64,000 bases of DNA from Synechococcus sp. (GCA_047285535.1 JBJBDC010000001.1:2720136-2784135), one strand, 5' to 3'; counted from the stretch's first letter, positions 1-11,371 are shown. Program-made: numbers and translations. The notes: generated by a model from the sequence alone, not told the origin.

Positions 1-54
1 ACGCGCTGGTGGTTTGATCCTTGCTGATGGTGGCAAATCGTTGGGCGTAAGGGT

Positions 55-237
55 TCAGATGGATCCGGTGGCGGTCACCGGCTGCATAATGCCCCCATCG
101 CCATTGCCGAAATCATCATCATCTGAGTTTTCGTTGGGTTGGCTAAGCGCATACGCCCCAATAAAAATGGTTCCAACGATGCTGATGACAAGTTGGAACG
201 GAAAGTTGACGCTTTCAGAGAAAGCGTATTCGCCCAT
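55..237 (-). CDS. small hypothetical protein with one hydrophobic segment and an acidic tail
   Basis: 60 aa ORF with hydrophobic LVISIVGTIFIGAYAL followed by SDDDDFGNGDGGIMQPV; resembles small picocyanobacterial proteins recalled from memory. Confidence 0.5.
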   Translation of the reverse strand: MGEYAFSESVNFPFQLVISIVGTIFIGAYALSQPNENSDDDDFGNGDGGIMQPVTATGSI

Positions 238-413
238 TAATGAATCTCCGTTACTTTTCTAAATATAGTTGTGAAGACTGGTTTTGTTAGCTTGTTAGTC
301 AGTTATTTCAACTGGAACGTGAGAGGTCTGTTGTGATGGTGACGGGCAAAGGTTGGACTGACTGTTGTAGATGAGTGCGCTGTTGTTTGTTATTGAGGGA
401 AACCAATGCCAGA

Positions 414-439
414 AAAAGCCCCCCTTTTTGGGGGGCTTT
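414..439 (-). terminator. intrinsic terminator downstream of psbA
   Basis: AAAGCCCCCC-loop-GGGGGGCTTT stem about 40 nt after the psbA stop, with A/T tracts on both sides. Confidence 0.8.
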
Positions 440-476
440 CTTATTCAGTTGAACTGAACGATGGATGGATTCCAGA

Positions 477-1556
477 TCAACCGATAGCAGGTGCCTGAAG
501 AGCCACAGGTGTGGACTCAGCAGCTGCGAGGTCGAGGGGGAAGTTGTGAGCGTTGCGCTCGTGCATCACTTCCATGCCGAGGCCGGCACGGTTGAGGATG
601 TCAGCCCAGGTGTTCAGGACGCGGCCCTGACCATCAAGGATGGACTGGTTGAAGTTGAAGCCGTTCAGGTTGAAGGCCATGGTTGACACGCCGAGGGCGG
701 TGAACCAGATGCCGACCACAGGCCAGGCAGCCAGGAAGAAGTGAAGGCTGCGGCTGTTGTTGAAGGAGGCGTATTGGAAGATCAGGCGACCGAAGTAACC
801 GTGGGCAGCCACGATGTTGTAGGTCTCTTCTTCTTGACCGAACTTGTAGCCATAGTTCTGGGACTCGGTCTCGGTTGTTTCACGAACCAGAGAAGAGGTC
901 ACCAGGGAGCCGTGCATGGCGGAGAACAGTGAACCACCGAAGACACCAGCCACACCAAGCATGTGGAAGGGGTGCATCAGGATGTTGTGCTCAGCCTGGA
1001 ACACCAACATGTAGTTGAAGGTGCCAGAGATGCCCAGAGGCATCGCGTCAGAGAACGAACCCTGACCGAAGGGGTAGACCAGGAACACTGCAGATGCAGC
1101 AGCAACAGGTGCGCTGTAAGCAACACAGATCCAAGGGCGCATGCCCAGGCGATAGGAGAGTTCCCACTCACGTCCCATGTAGGCGTAAATGCCGATCAGG
1201 AAGTGGAACACAACCAGTTGGAAAGGACCGCCGTTGTAGAGCCACTCGTCGAGTGAGGCAGCTTCCCAGATGGGATAGAAGTGCAAGCCGATGGCGTTGC
1301 TGGAGGGAACAACAGCACCGGAGATGATGTTGTTGCCATACATCAGTGAACCTGCAACAGGCTCGCGGATGCCGTCGATATCAACCGGGGGAGCGGCGAT
1401 GAAAGCGACGATGAAGCAGGTGGTAGCGGCAAGCAGGGTGGGGATCATCAGAACACCGAACCAACCGACATAGAGACGGTTGTTGGTGGAGGTGACCCAC
1501 TCACAGAACTGCTGCCAACCGTTAGCGCCGGAGCGCTGCTGGATGGTGGTAGTCAT
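477..1556 (-). CDS. psbA: photosystem II D1 protein, Glu130 (D1:2, high-light-type) form
   Basis: Canonical D1 sequence ([32 protein letters not shown]); residue 130 counts as E in YMGREWELS. Confidence 0.99.
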   Translation of the reverse strand: MTTTIQQRSGANGWQQFCEWVTSTNNRLYVGWFGVLMIPTLLAATTCFIVAFIAAPPVDIDGIREPVAGSLMYGNNIISGAVVPSSNAIGLHFYPIWEAASLDEWLYNGGPFQLVVFHFLIGIYAYMGREWELSYRLGMRPWICVAYSAPVAAASAVFLVYPFGQGSFSDAMPLGISGTFNYMLVFQAEHNILMHPFHMLGVAGVFGGSLFSAMHGSLVTSSLVRETTETESQNYGYKFGQEEETYNIVAAHGYFGRLIFQYASFNNSRSLHFFLAAWPVVGIWFTALGVSTMAFNLNGFNFNQSILDGQGRVLNTWADILNRAGLGMEVMHERNAHNFPLDLAAAESTPVALQAPAIG

Positions 1557-1616
1557 GAGAACGGAAAAAAAGGTCTCGCAAGGAGACGGTTACGGAAGGG
1601 CAGGATGCCCTGCCAC
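1557..1616 (-). promoter_or_regulatory. structured psbA 5' leader with two hairpins, possibly a PhotoRC-type RNA motif
   Basis: Stems GGCAGG/CCTGCC (1599-1614) and GTCTC/GAGAC (1573-1587) between the -10 box and the ATG; family assignment is from recall. Confidence 0.5.
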
Positions 1617-1620
1617 TTGA

Positions 1621-1648
1621 ATTGTAAAGCAAGATTGCGCTTTGTAAC
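1621..1648 (-). promoter_or_regulatory. psbA promoter: TACAAT -10 box and HLR1-like (RpaB) octamers
   Basis: Minus strand reads GTTACAAA (1648-1641) and TTTACAAT (1628-1621); TACAAT lies about 65 nt upstream of the ATG. Confidence 0.5.
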
Positions 1649-1720
1649 CGCTAATTCATGAAGCAATGTTGAAGACAAGGGGCGGGCGTTGTCATGGATG
1701 TCGTTGTTAGCGTCCGCGGG

Positions 1721-3325
1721 ATGAGCAACGCAGCTTCGATAACGACTTCAGGTGCAGCGGCCGAAAGAGTGCTGTTTGTTCGCTTGCCTTGCAATCCGAT
1801 TTTTCCAATCGGTCCGATTTATTTAGCTGATCATTTACACAAGTGTTTCCCAGACTTGCCCCAGCGCATTCTTGACCTGGCTGCTCTCCCCGTCCTTGAT
1901 GTTGAAAGGGTTTTGCTGAATGTGGTGGATCAGTTTCGACCCACTCTTTTGGTGTTTTCCTGGAGAGATATTCAGATCTATGCCCCGGTCGATGGTCGAG
2001 GGGGCAATCCGCTTCAAAATTCATTCGAAGTGTTTTACGCAAGGAACCCTCTCAAACGCCTCAAAGGAGCCTTGGGTGGCTTGCGCTTAATGACCAGTCA
2101 TTACGGAGAGCTTCATCGCAATCAAAAACTGGTGCGTCATGGTTTGAAGAGGGCTCGTCGTCACTGCTCCGGGGCACGCGTGGTTCTTGGTGGTGGTGCG
2201 GTCAGCGTTTTCTATGAACAGCTGGGCCGTTCCTTGCCCAAGGGCACCATCATTTCAATCGGTGAGGGTGAACCACTCCTTGAAAAGCTTCTGGCTCAAC
2301 AGCCCCTTGACGGCGAGCGTTGTTTCGTTGTGGGAGAGCCACCTCGCCCAGGTTTGATTCATGAACAACCTCAGAGCAGACCTAAGACAGCCTGTGACTA
2401 CAACTACATCTCTTCGATCTGGCCTCAGTTGGATTGGTATCTGGAGGGTGGAGACTTTTACGTTGGCGTTCAGACCAAGCGCGGTTGTCCACACAACTGT
2501 TGTTATTGCGTTTACACCGTTGTGGAAGGCAAGCAGGTCCGTGTTAATCCTGTGCAAGAAGTTGTCGCTGAAATGCGTCAGCTTTACGACCGTGGAGTCC
2601 GTGGCTTCTGGTTTACCGATGCTCAGTTCATTCCAGCTCGTAAATACATCGAGGATGCAAAAGAGCTGTTGCGCGCGATCAAGGCTGAGGGGCTAACTGG
2701 AATTCGTTGGGCGGCTTACATACGCGCCGACAACTTGGACCCTGAGTTGGCTGAGTTGATGGTTGAGACGGGCATGAGTTATTTCGAAATTGGTATTACG
2801 TCTGGTTCTCAGGAGCTCGTGCGCAAGATGCGTATGGGTTACAACCTGCGTACTGTTTTAGACAGTTGCCGGATGCTTGCAGAGGCGGGATTCCGTGATC
2901 ACGTGTCGGTGAATTATTCCTTCAACGTGATTGATGAAAGGGCTGAAACGATTCGGCAAACTGTGGCTTATCACCGTGCACTGGAAACGATTTTTGGTGT
3001 AGATCGGGTCGAACCAGCCATTTTCTTTATCGGCTTGCAGCCTCATACTCATCTCGAGCAGTACGGTTTTGATCAAGGTCTGATCAAGCCTGGCTACAAC
3101 CCAATGAGCATGATGCCTTGGACGGCACGCAAACTCCTCTGGAATCCTGAGCCGATGGGTAGCACTTTCGGTCGGGTTTGCCTTGAAGCTTTTGATCGAG
3201 ATCCCAGTCGTTTTGGTAAAACGGTGATGGAACTTCTTGAGAGGGATTACGGAATTGCGTCCCTTGACCAAGCTCTTCGTGCCCCTGTTCAGGGACGAGC
3301 CGCTTTGGCTAAAGCCGTCAGCTGA
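1721..3325 (+). CDS. B12-binding-like radical SAM protein (PSII high-light acclimation, slr0320-like)
   Basis: CxxxCxxC motif GCPHNCCYC; N-terminal RLPCNPIFPIGPIYLADHLHK typical of the family; start uncertain (ORF opens at 1694). Confidence 0.85.
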   Translation: MSNAASITTSGAAAERVLFVRLPCNPIFPIGPIYLADHLHKCFPDLPQRILDLAALPVLDVERVLLNVVDQFRPTLLVFSWRDIQIYAPVDGRGGNPLQNSFEVFYARNPLKRLKGALGGLRLMTSHYGELHRNQKLVRHGLKRARRHCSGARVVLGGGAVSVFYEQLGRSLPKGTIISIGEGEPLLEKLLAQQPLDGERCFVVGEPPRPGLIHEQPQSRPKTACDYNYISSIWPQLDWYLEGGDFYVGVQTKRGCPHNCCYCVYTVVEGKQVRVNPVQEVVAEMRQLYDRGVRGFWFTDAQFIPARKYIEDAKELLRAIKAEGLTGIRWAAYIRADNLDPELAELMVETGMSYFEIGITSGSQELVRKMRMGYNLRTVLDSCRMLAEAGFRDHVSVNYSFNVIDERAETIRQTVAYHRALETIFGVDRVEPAIFFIGLQPHTHLEQYGFDQGLIKPGYNPMSMMPWTARKLLWNPEPMGSTFGRVCLEAFDRDPSRFGKTVMELLERDYGIASLDQALRAPVQGRAALAKAVS

Positions 3326-4221
3326 AAGATGACTAATGCGGCGACAGAGATGATTCCAACCATGCCTCCTAACGGATTGTTCCCCGGGCCTGTCAGCCAA
3401 AAAGGAGATTCAGGAGACCACTGAATTAAGCCAGATTGCAAAGCAAACCAGCCGCCAACCAATCCGCCATGCAGCCCTACGCATCCCCACAGTGAACCAC
3501 CGTCGAGTTGCCGACGCGTTGCCAGTGCCATCCCCAATAAAAAAAGACCAATCAACAAGCTCAGCATCGGCCAAAATCCCAAATTGAATCGGGCGTGCAC
3601 CAGGCTGAAAATCACAGCTTGTGCAGAGACCGCTCGCTTTGCCCCAATAAGGAGATTGAGCTCACCCAAAAGCCAGCCTCGGAACAGCAGTTCTTCGATG
3701 AGGCCAACGCCGAAACAAAGGAGTAGGGCGTTGAACAGCTTGTCACCACTGAAATCTCCAAGCCATTGTCCCCAATGACCTCCCAAGCTGATCAGACCAA
3801 TGATCAGTAACAATCCCGCCGCCAATCCCAGGCCGATCAGAAGAGAGCGGCTGCTACTCGGCCCCTGCGCTCCCGCCTTGAGTCCAAGCTGTCGCCATGG
3901 ATGACGAGTTTCCCAACGGGTTCGTGTCCAGCTGGGCAGGATCAGCAGAAAGAGCAACACGCTGATTCCCGTTCCGATCAAGTCTTGAGAAGGGATCGAT
4001 CGTCCAGGGAGCATCAGGTTGATGAGTTGCATCACCAACCAGCCAACTCCGTAGAGGAGAGGAATGAGAGTAAGTGTAGGAATCCACCTTGGTTTCAGCG
4101 TGAACCAGGATGTCCTTATCGCTGCGAAAGACGTTGTTTTCAGCTTTCTGGTTCGATGGTGCTGGTCAGGCCCTTGCCCTTCAAGGTTTCGCAGTAAAAT
4201 TCGGCAGGCTCGATGTCGCAA
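3289..4221 (-). CDS. CPBP (Abi/CAAX) family intramembrane metalloprotease
   Basis: EELLFRG, FSLVH and GLHGG motifs with several TM segments; real start probably near 4140 because the ORF extension overlaps clpS. Confidence 0.85.
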   Translation of the reverse strand: MRHRACRILLRNLEGQGPDQHHRTRKLKTTSFAAIRTSWFTLKPRWIPTLTLIPLLYGVGWLVMQLINLMLPGRSIPSQDLIGTGISVLLFLLILPSWTRTRWETRHPWRQLGLKAGAQGPSSSRSLLIGLGLAAGLLLIIGLISLGGHWGQWLGDFSGDKLFNALLLCFGVGLIEELLFRGWLLGELNLLIGAKRAVSAQAVIFSLVHARFNLGFWPMLSLLIGLFLLGMALATRRQLDGGSLWGCVGLHGGLVGGWFALQSGLIQWSPESPFWLTGPGNNPLGGMVGIISVAALVIFQLTALAKAARP

Positions 4222-4451
4222 ACGATCACAAGCCCCACGCCCGTGTTGTGAGTTTCCAACATCACGGCCATGGCATCCTGCTCACTCAGCTGTGGAACCA
4301 CCTGTTGAAGCGTGACGACCACATACTCCATGCTGTTGACAGGGTCGTTGTGAAGCAAAACCTTGTAGCGGGGCGATGTCTTGCGAACTCGCTCAGTTTG
4401 CTTGTCAAGAACCGTAGCCCCGCCGGGGCTACGGCTGGGTGTATTCACCAT
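4140..4451 (-). CDS. clpS: Clp protease adaptor ClpS
   Basis: YKVLLHNDPVNSMEYVV and AMAVMLETH motifs. Confidence 0.95.
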   Translation of the reverse strand: MVNTPSRSPGGATVLDKQTERVRKTSPRYKVLLHNDPVNSMEYVVVTLQQVVPQLSEQDAMAVMLETHNTGVGLVIVCDIEPAEFYCETLKGKGLTSTIEPES

Positions 4452-4492
4452 TGCTACTGATTTTCATTACACCCAATCTACGAGCAATGGGG

Positions 4493-5719
4493 TCAAAGGT
4501 TGCGAATGCGGGCCATGGCTTCGTCCACATTGCTCCGGCTGTTGAAAGCGGAAAGGCGGAAATAACCCTCTCCTGCAGCACCGAAGCCACTACCTGGAGT
4601 TCCCACCACGTTGGCCTTCTCAAGGAGGTGATCGAAAAACCCCCAAGAGTCAATCCCTGAAGGTGTTTTCAGCCATACATAGGGGGCGTGCTGACCTCCG
4701 TGCACTTCGATTCCTGCAGCACTGAGCTCGCCTCGGATGATGGAAGCGTTCTCCATGTAAAAGCTCACGAGCGCCTTCACTTCCTGTTTCCCTGCTTCGG
4801 AGTACACCGCTTCGGCACCCCTCTGAATGATGTAGCTCACGCCGTTGAACTTGGTGCTTTGCCGACGGTTCCAAAGCCCCCAAAGCTCCACCTCAGAACC
4901 ATTGTCGGTTTTGCCTTTGAGTCCTTTGGGAACAACGGTTAAGGCGCAGCGGGTGCCTGTGAATCCGGCATTTTTGGAGAAGGAGCGGAATTCGATCGCA
5001 CAGTCGCGAGCTCCCTCGATCTCATAAATGGAATGGGGCAGCTCTGGATCTTGAATGAACGCTTCGTACGCGGCATCAAAGAGAATCAGGGCCTGGTTGG
5101 CCCGGGCATAGTCCACCCATTCCTTGAGTTGCGCCTTCGTCGCGACAGCACCGGTGGGGTTGTTGGGATAACAGAGGTAGATCAGGTCAACAGGTTCACT
5201 CGGAATCTGTGCGGCAAACCCGTTGTCAGCGCTGATCGGTAGGTAGGTGAGGCCACCATATCGACCGTTATCACCAGACTCGCCTGTACGGCCAGCCATC
5301 ACATTGCTGTCGACATACACCGGATAGACCGGATCGGTCACTGCAATGCGATTGCCACTGCCGAGAATGTCAAGAATGTTGCTGCTGTCGCATTTGGAGC
5401 CATCCGATACAAAGATTTCCTCAGCGTTGATCGCACAGCCCCTGGATTGGAAGTCATCGCGGGCAATCGCTTCTCGAAGCCAGGCATAACCCTGTTCCGG
5501 CCCGTAGCCGTGAAATCCTTGCGCCGTCCCCATCTCGTCGATGGCTGATTTCATGGCATCACGGCAGGCCTGCGGTAGCGGCTCTGTGACGTCTCCGATG
5601 CCGAGACGAATCAGATGGGCCTCGGGGTTGGCGCTACTAAAGGCTTTCACCCTGCGGCCAATCTCCGGGAACAGATAACCGGCTTTGAGTTTCAGGTAAT
5701 TGCCGTTGACCTTGACCAC
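4493..5719 (-). CDS. dapL: LL-diaminopimelate aminotransferase
   Basis: N-terminus [19 protein letters not shown] and PLP lysine motif [15 protein letters not shown] at 5719 gives 408 aa. Confidence 0.95.
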   Translation of the reverse strand: MVKVNGNYLKLKAGYLFPEIGRRVKAFSSANPEAHLIRLGIGDVTEPLPQACRDAMKSAIDEMGTAQGFHGYGPEQGYAWLREAIARDDFQSRGCAINAEEIFVSDGSKCDSSNILDILGSGNRIAVTDPVYPVYVDSNVMAGRTGESGDNGRYGGLTYLPISADNGFAAQIPSEPVDLIYLCYPNNPTGAVATKAQLKEWVDYARANQALILFDAAYEAFIQDPELPHSIYEIEGARDCAIEFRSFSKNAGFTGTRCALTVVPKGLKGKTDNGSEVELWGLWNRRQSTKFNGVSYIIQRGAEAVYSEAGKQEVKALVSFYMENASIIRGELSAAGIEVHGGQHAPYVWLKTPSGIDSWGFFDHLLEKANVVGTPGSGFGAAGEGYFRLSAFNSRSNVDEAMARIRNL

Positions 5720-5776
5720 GAATGACTGGGGTTGCTGCGGGCATCCTGCTACATACGATGAAACAAGCAGGGCCTG

Positions 5777-8455
5777 GTGGTCGTGATTGTCGCCCCGTCT
5801 AACACGCAGCAGGATCCAGATCCCCATGCTGTCGTGGCGTTTGATGAGCTTGTTGATTCCTCTATCAATCGCCCGGCCCGCTATATGGGTCATGAGTTGG
5901 GGGTGGAGCCCAGGGATTGGGATACGGCAAGGGTGCGCTGGGCTCTGACGTATCCCGAGATTTATGAGGTGGGCTCCAGCAATCTCGGTCACATCATTCT
6001 CTATTCAATCCTCAATGCCGTTCCTGGTCAGCTGTGTGATCGCGCCTATCTCCCGGCGGCTGATCTGTCAGAGAGGCTGAAAGAGCAGAAGCAAGCCTTG
6101 TTTGCGGTGGAGAGCAGACGGCCTCTCCCAGCCTTCGACATCCTTGGTTTCAGTCTCAGCTACGAGCTTGGAGCGACCAATATCCTTGCCATGTTGGATT
6201 TGGCGAAGGTTCCTATTTATGCCTCAGAGAGGGGCGACTTGCCGCTCTCTCATCCTGAGTCTCCGCCACTCATTTTCGCCGGTGGTCCCACCGCAACCAG
6301 CAACCCAGAGCCTTACGCAGCTTTTTTTGATTTCATTGCTTTAGGTGATGGGGAGGAACTGCTTCCTGAAATTGGCCTCGTGGTTGCTGAAGCCAAAGCT
6401 GCAGGGTGGTCTCGTTCAGCTCTGCTGCGTGATCTGGCTTTTGTCCCTGGGGTGTATGTGCCGTCTCTCTATGGAGCTGATCAGCAAGGGGTCACCGTGG
6501 AGCCGTTGGAGCCTGGTCTCCCTGCCCGCCTGTTGAGGCGTGTTGCCACACCCATGCCCCATTACGCGATGGGGCTCGTACCGCATGTGGAGACTGTCCA
6601 TGACCGATTGACGGTCGAAATTCGGCGTGGCTGTACGCGTGGTTGTCGTTTTTGCCAGCCAGGCATGCTCACAAGACCGGCTAGGGATGTGGAGCCTGAA
6701 GCGGTCATTGAAGCCATTGAAACCGGTATGCAGCGCACGGGTTACAGCGATTTTTCATTGCTGTCGTTGAGTTGCAGTGATTATCTTGCGTTGCCAGCCG
6801 TGGGAGTGGAGCTTCGTAATCGTCTCGCTGATCGCAACGTCTCGCTTCAGTTACCGAGTCAGCGGGTCGACCGGTTTGATGACAATATTGCTCACATTCT
6901 TGGCGGGACTCGACAAGCGGGGCTGACATTCGCACCGGAAGCAGGAACCCAGCGACTGAGAGACATCGTGAACAAAGGTCTGACAGATGCAGACCTGGTG
7001 GAGGGAATCCGCACGGCAATGGAGAACGGCTACCGCAAAGTGAAGCTCTATTTCATGATTGGTCTCCCTGGAGAAACCGATGCAGATGTGCTGGGCATCG
7101 CTGAAACCTGTCGAATGTTGCTCGATCGCTGTAGGGATCTAGGTCGACTGACTCTCAACATCACGATCAGCAATTTCACGCCTAAGCCGCATACACCATT
7201 TCAGTGGCACAGCGTCTCCACCGCTGAGTTCTCAAGACGTCAGCAGTTGCTGAGAGAAGCGGGGAAACGGCTCAGGGGTGTGCGCTTCAACTTCACCGAT
7301 GTGAGGCTCTCGGCCATGGAGGATTTCGTGGGTCGCGGGGACCGGAGTCTGGCGCCGGTGATCGAAGCCGCATGGCGCGCGGGTGCTGGCATGGATGCTT
7401 GGTTTGATGCTCTGGATCGCACCTATGAGGCCTGGACTGGTGCGATTGCATCAGCAGGCCTGGAGGGGCGCTACAGGGTTCTTGAGCTCGGAAGCTGGGG
7501 TGATGCCCATGCGTTGAGTGAGGAGGGGCTGGATGCATTTTGTGCCCAGCCACTCCCTTGGGATCACATTGATACAGGCGTTGATAAGTGCTGGTTAGCG
7601 GAAGACTTCAAGCGCGCTTTGGAAGCCACGGTCGTTCCTGATTGTTCATTTGATGGGTGCAGCAGTTGTGGGGTTTGTGGTTCTGATCTCGGACACAATG
7701 TGGTGATTGCTCCTCCTCCTGTTCCTGCTCAGAAGCCAAGGCAGGCCCCACCCAGCGATCGGGTCTGTCGGGTCAGATTTCGTTTCAGCAAAACAGGAGC
7801 CATGGCTTTGCTTAGCCATCTCGACTTGGTGCGTTTGCTTGAGCGTGCGCTCCGTCGTGCTGAACTTCCGGTGAGCTTCACCGGTGGTTTTCACCCACTA
7901 CCTCGTCTTCAGCTCGCTTTGGCTTTGCCGCTTGGCGTTGAGGCTGAGGGTGAATGGATGGATCTGGAGTTCACCGAACCAGTCGACGCGATGGTTGTTT
8001 TAAAGCGTTGGCAGCAGAACCTACCTCCAGGGCTATCGCTGATGGAGGCCAACGAAGTGCCCGTTTTTGGCCCCAGCCTGTCGCAGCAACTGGAAACAGC
8101 ACGCTGGCGCTTTCTGCTCAAACCTCAATCCGGCGAATCTTCGATTGCGTTGGATCAGTGGGAACTGGTGGTGGCTGATCTGATCTCCCGCGACACCCTT
8201 GTTTGGCAGGACACCGACAAAAAGGGACGCCTTCGCCAGCGCGATTGCAGACCTGCTCTTGAGACTTTGGAGCTGATCGGTCCCGTGGCTGGAGAGCCTG
8301 CGAAGGGGATGCTGATTGAGTATGTAGCCCGGATCGATAATCAAGGTCGGAGCATTAAACCTGCTCAGTTGCAGCACTGGTTGTCTGAAGCCTTGGCTCA
8401 GTCCTTGTATCTACAAAATGTTCGACGTCTCGAGCTAAGCCTTGTGCGGTGCTAA
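5777..8455 (+). CDS. TIGR03960-type radical SAM protein fused to a C-terminal radical SAM-linked domain
   Basis: [10 protein letters not shown] motif, PARYMGHE and LTFAPEAG; C-terminal SHLDLVR...[10 protein letters not shown] domain. Confidence 0.85.
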   Translation: MVVIVAPSNTQQDPDPHAVVAFDELVDSSINRPARYMGHELGVEPRDWDTARVRWALTYPEIYEVGSSNLGHIILYSILNAVPGQLCDRAYLPAADLSERLKEQKQALFAVESRRPLPAFDILGFSLSYELGATNILAMLDLAKVPIYASERGDLPLSHPESPPLIFAGGPTATSNPEPYAAFFDFIALGDGEELLPEIGLVVAEAKAAGWSRSALLRDLAFVPGVYVPSLYGADQQGVTVEPLEPGLPARLLRRVATPMPHYAMGLVPHVETVHDRLTVEIRRGCTRGCRFCQPGMLTRPARDVEPEAVIEAIETGMQRTGYSDFSLLSLSCSDYLALPAVGVELRNRLADRNVSLQLPSQRVDRFDDNIAHILGGTRQAGLTFAPEAGTQRLRDIVNKGLTDADLVEGIRTAMENGYRKVKLYFMIGLPGETDADVLGIAETCRMLLDRCRDLGRLTLNITISNFTPKPHTPFQWHSVSTAEFSRRQQLLREAGKRLRGVRFNFTDVRLSAMEDFVGRGDRSLAPVIEAAWRAGAGMDAWFDALDRTYEAWTGAIASAGLEGRYRVLELGSWGDAHALSEEGLDAFCAQPLPWDHIDTGVDKCWLAEDFKRALEATVVPDCSFDGCSSCGVCGSDLGHNVVIAPPPVPAQKPRQAPPSDRVCRVRFRFSKTGAMALLSHLDLVRLLERALRRAELPVSFTGGFHPLPRLQLALALPLGVEAEGEWMDLEFTEPVDAMVVLKRWQQNLPPGLSLMEANEVPVFGPSLSQQLETARWRFLLKPQSGESSIALDQWELVVADLISRDTLVWQDTDKKGRLRQRDCRPALETLELIGPVAGEPAKGMLIEYVARIDNQGRSIKPAQLQHWLSEALAQSLYLQNVRRLELSLVRC

Positions 8456-8716
8456 CTTATAAACAAGACGATATGCCACGGGCCTTCGCCACGGTTTCGT
8501 CCCGACCTTCTTGTTTCCACATCCTGGGGAAAGAGAGTCCAGAGCCTCCTGTTTCAAACAACGTCAAGGCGTTGTAATCGGGCTTCAAACCAAAGGAGTA
8601 ATTCACTCCGAATGCTTATGACCTTTTGGGTCTCTTGAATTCATCCCACCCCGTGCGACATGCTGGATAGCTGTTGATCGGGCTTCAGTCCTGACGGTCG
8701 TCGTCAGTCATTGTTT

Positions 8717-10675
8717 ATGCCCCAGAAAATTGTTATTGCTGAGCAATTGCGCATCGCCGCAGTTCTTTCAGATGAATGTGTTGATGAATTGATCGTTGCC
8801 CAGGGCCATTACCAGATCGGTGATGTCTATTTGGGCACTGTTGAGAATGTTCTGCCCGGGATTGATGCCGCTTTCGTTAATATTGGTGAAAGTGAGAAGA
8901 ATGGTTTCATTCATGTCACTGATTTAGGACCTTTGCGCCTCAAGAAAGGTGCTGCAGGAATTACAGAATTGCTTGAACCGCGCCAAAAAGTTCTGGTTCA
9001 GGTGATGAAGGAGCCCACCGGAACGAAAGGCCCTCGGCTTACAGGAAATATCGCACTCCCTGGGAGATACCTCGTCCTTCAGCCCAGTGGACAGGGGGTC
9101 AATATTTCCAGACGAATTGGTTCAGAAGGAGAGCGGAACCGGCTGCGTGCTCTTGGTGTTCTAGTGAAGCCTCCTGGGGCTGGGCTGCTGATTCGTACGG
9201 AAGCCGATGGGATCAGCGAAGAATTGCTGATTGACGATCTTGAATCCCTTCTTCGTCAATGGGAGGCCATTCAAAAAGCTTCAGAGACAGCCTCGCCTCC
9301 GGTGCTTCTGAATCGTGATGAGGATTTTATCCATCGCATTCTTCGTGATCACACGGCTTTGGATTTGGAGCGGGTGGTGGTGGACTCTCCAGTTGCAGTG
9401 GAGCGGGTCCGTTCCTTCCTCGGTGAAGAAGGGAATCATGTCTTAGTCGACGCTCATTGCGATCCCTCAGAGATTCTCGAGCATTACAAAGTGAATGGGG
9501 CGATTCGCGATGCCCTCAAACCGAGGGTCGATCTTCCCTCGGGTGGTTACGTGATCATTGAGCCCACCGAAGCTCTAACAGTTATTGATGTCAACTCTGG
9601 TTCGTTCACCCGCTCAGCCAATGCCAGAGAAACAGTGCTTTGGACCAACTGTGAAGCGGCACTTGAGATTGCTAGACAGTTGCGTCTGCGCAACATCGGA
9701 GGAGTGATTATCGTCGATTTCATCGACATGGATTCCCGTCGAGATCAGCTGCAGCTGCTGGAACATTTCACTGGCGCGATTCGTGATGATGGAGCTCGAC
9801 CTCAAATCGCGCAGCTCACGGAACTGGGTCTTGTCGAGTTAACGCGCAAACGTCAAGGTCAGAATATTTATGAATTGTTTGGACGAGCTTGCACCAGCTG
9901 CGGAGGGCTTGGTCATGTTGCGGTCTTGCCTGGCAAGGATCTGATGCAGCCCCTTGCCACAGCCACCGGATTGGTGCGTTCTGCGGCGTCAGCTCGGGCT
10001 GAGGTCTCCACCGCTGGAGAGGCTTCCAATGCCCGTCGTCGGCGCAATGGAAGAGGCAAGGTTTTGATGGCTTCCGCTTCAGAACGCACCGATGCGCCAT
10101 TGGATGAGGTGGAAAGTGCGCCTGCCTCTGCCTCTGCCTCTGCCTCTGCTGCAATTGAACCTGCAAGTGTTAGTCGACGTCAGGATCCTGAGCTGGTTGC
10201 GGTCCCTATGGATGATGATCAAGAAAAAGTGTATGGATGGCTTGGTCTCAATCCGGCCTTGCTGCTTGATTCTCAGCCGGAATTAGACAACCTGATGGTC
10301 CGCATTGTTCGTCCCGGCGAAGATGCAGATTTGGTGCTGGAGCAAGCGCGACAGCACCTAGCTGCTAACTCGGGCCGTCGCCGTCGCCGTGGTGCAAAAG
10401 GAAATAGTCGTGGCATGCTGCGTCCTGTGACGTCTGGTGGTCACGAGGAGTCAGCAAAGACAGGGCTTTCTCAGCTTGAGTCAGAGGTTGGCTCTCAGCC
10501 TTTGTTTGCGGAAATTCCGCCTTTGGTTGAGACCAAGACCACTTTGATGACATCCGAACCTGAATCGGTCGCCAGGTCTGAGACCTCGATGGACGTAGAG
10601 CCTGCTGACCCGTCCGAATCACGACCTGGACGTCGCCGTCGTCGATCATCCGCCACGACTTCAGAAAATCTTTAG
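8717..10675 (+). CDS. rne: ribonuclease E
   Basis: S1 domain (GTVENVLPGIDAAFV), IDVNSG and IIVDFIDM motifs; Arg-rich C-terminal tail ending RRRRRSSA. Confidence 0.95.
   Translation: MPQKIVIAEQLRIAAVLSDECVDELIVAQGHYQIGDVYLGTVENVLPGIDAAFVNIGESEKNGFIHVTDLGPLRLKKGAAGITELLEPRQKVLVQVMKEPTGTKGPRLTGNIALPGRYLVLQPSGQGVNISRRIGSEGERNRLRALGVLVKPPGAGLLIRTEADGISEELLIDDLESLLRQWEAIQKASETASPPVLLNRDEDFIHRILRDHTALDLERVVVDSPVAVERVRSFLGEEGNHVLVDAHCDPSEILEHYKVNGAIRDALKPRVDLPSGGYVIIEPTEALTVIDVNSGSFTRSANARETVLWTNCEAALEIARQLRLRNIGGVIIVDFIDMDSRRDQLQLLEHFTGAIRDDGARPQIAQLTELGLVELTRKRQGQNIYELFGRACTSCGGLGHVAVLPGKDLMQPLATATGLVRSAASARAEVSTAGEASNARRRRNGRGKVLMASASERTDAPLDEVESAPASASASASAAIEPASVSRRQDPELVAVPMDDDQEKVYGWLGLNPALLLDSQPELDNLMVRIVRPGEDADLVLEQARQHLAANSGRRRRRGAKGNSRGMLRPVTSGGHEESAKTGLSQLESEVGSQPLFAEIPPLVETKTTLMTSEPESVARSETSMDVEPADPSESRPGRRRRRSSATTSENL
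10124..10147 (+). repeat. in-frame hexanucleotide repeat (GCCTCT)x4 in rne
   Basis: Directly visible; encodes ASASASAS. Confidence 0.9.
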
Positions 10676-10681
10676 CTGTCG

Positions 10682-11371
10682 GTGCCTCGTCTGACGATCG
10701 ATGACGATCTCAACACCATCGCCGGGGTGGATGAAGTGGGTCGTGGCTGCTTGTTTGGTCCTGTGTTTGCGGCGTCAGTTGTGCTGACTGATGAAGCGGC
10801 AGAGCTCTTGCAAGCAGCTGGTCTTACCGACAGCAAGGCGTTAACGCCAACTCGACGGGCGGCATTGGTCCCGCTGATTAAGGCTCATTCTCAGGACTGG
10901 GGTTTGGGCCAAAGTTCTGCCAGGGAGATTGATCACCATGGCATTCGATCAGCCACGGAGCGGGCCATGCTGTGTGCTCTTCAGCGCTTGTCCTGCACAC
11001 CCGATCTGGTTTTGGTGGATGGAGTCCTTCCTTTGCGCTTATGGAGGGGGCCTCAACGCACCATCGTGCGTGGTGATAGCAGCAATGCCGCAATTGCGGC
11101 AGCGAGTGTCATGGCAAAAGAGGCTCGAGATGCTTTGATTCGACGCCTTTCCGAACGATTTCCCGGTTATGGGCTGGATCGCCATGCCGGATATGGAACG
11201 GCTCAACATCGGGCCGCTCTACTTGCTTCTGGTCCTACATCCCTTCATCGGCATTCATTTTTGAAAAAGATCTTGCCCCCATGCAGTTCGGCTAATTGCT
11301 CGGAGGTCAGTTCAGACCATGAGACCAGGACTCAAAATCAGCAACAAGCTGACGACCAACTCGACCTTTGA
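10682..11371 (+). CDS. rnhB: ribonuclease HII
   Basis: [23 protein letters not shown] and IAAASVMAK motifs; follows rne. Confidence 0.95.
   Translation: MPRLTIDDDLNTIAGVDEVGRGCLFGPVFAASVVLTDEAAELLQAAGLTDSKALTPTRRAALVPLIKAHSQDWGLGQSSAREIDHHGIRSATERAMLCALQRLSCTPDLVLVDGVLPLRLWRGPQRTIVRGDSSNAAIAAASVMAKEARDALIRRLSERFPGYGLDRHAGYGTAQHRAALLASGPTSLHRHSFLKKILPPCSSANCSEVSSDHETRTQNQQQADDQLDL

Noticed and set aside
465..1473. Several plus-strand ORFs opposite psbA, and similar ones opposite tuf, fusA, glsF, psaAB, the RND gene and ribosomal genes
   Set aside because: Shadow ORFs produced by codon bias on the coding strand; no recognisable motifs
5720..5992. N-terminal extension of the dapL ORF overlapping the radical SAM gene
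   Set aside because: Family similarity begins at the GTG at 5719; the extension is antisense to the next gene
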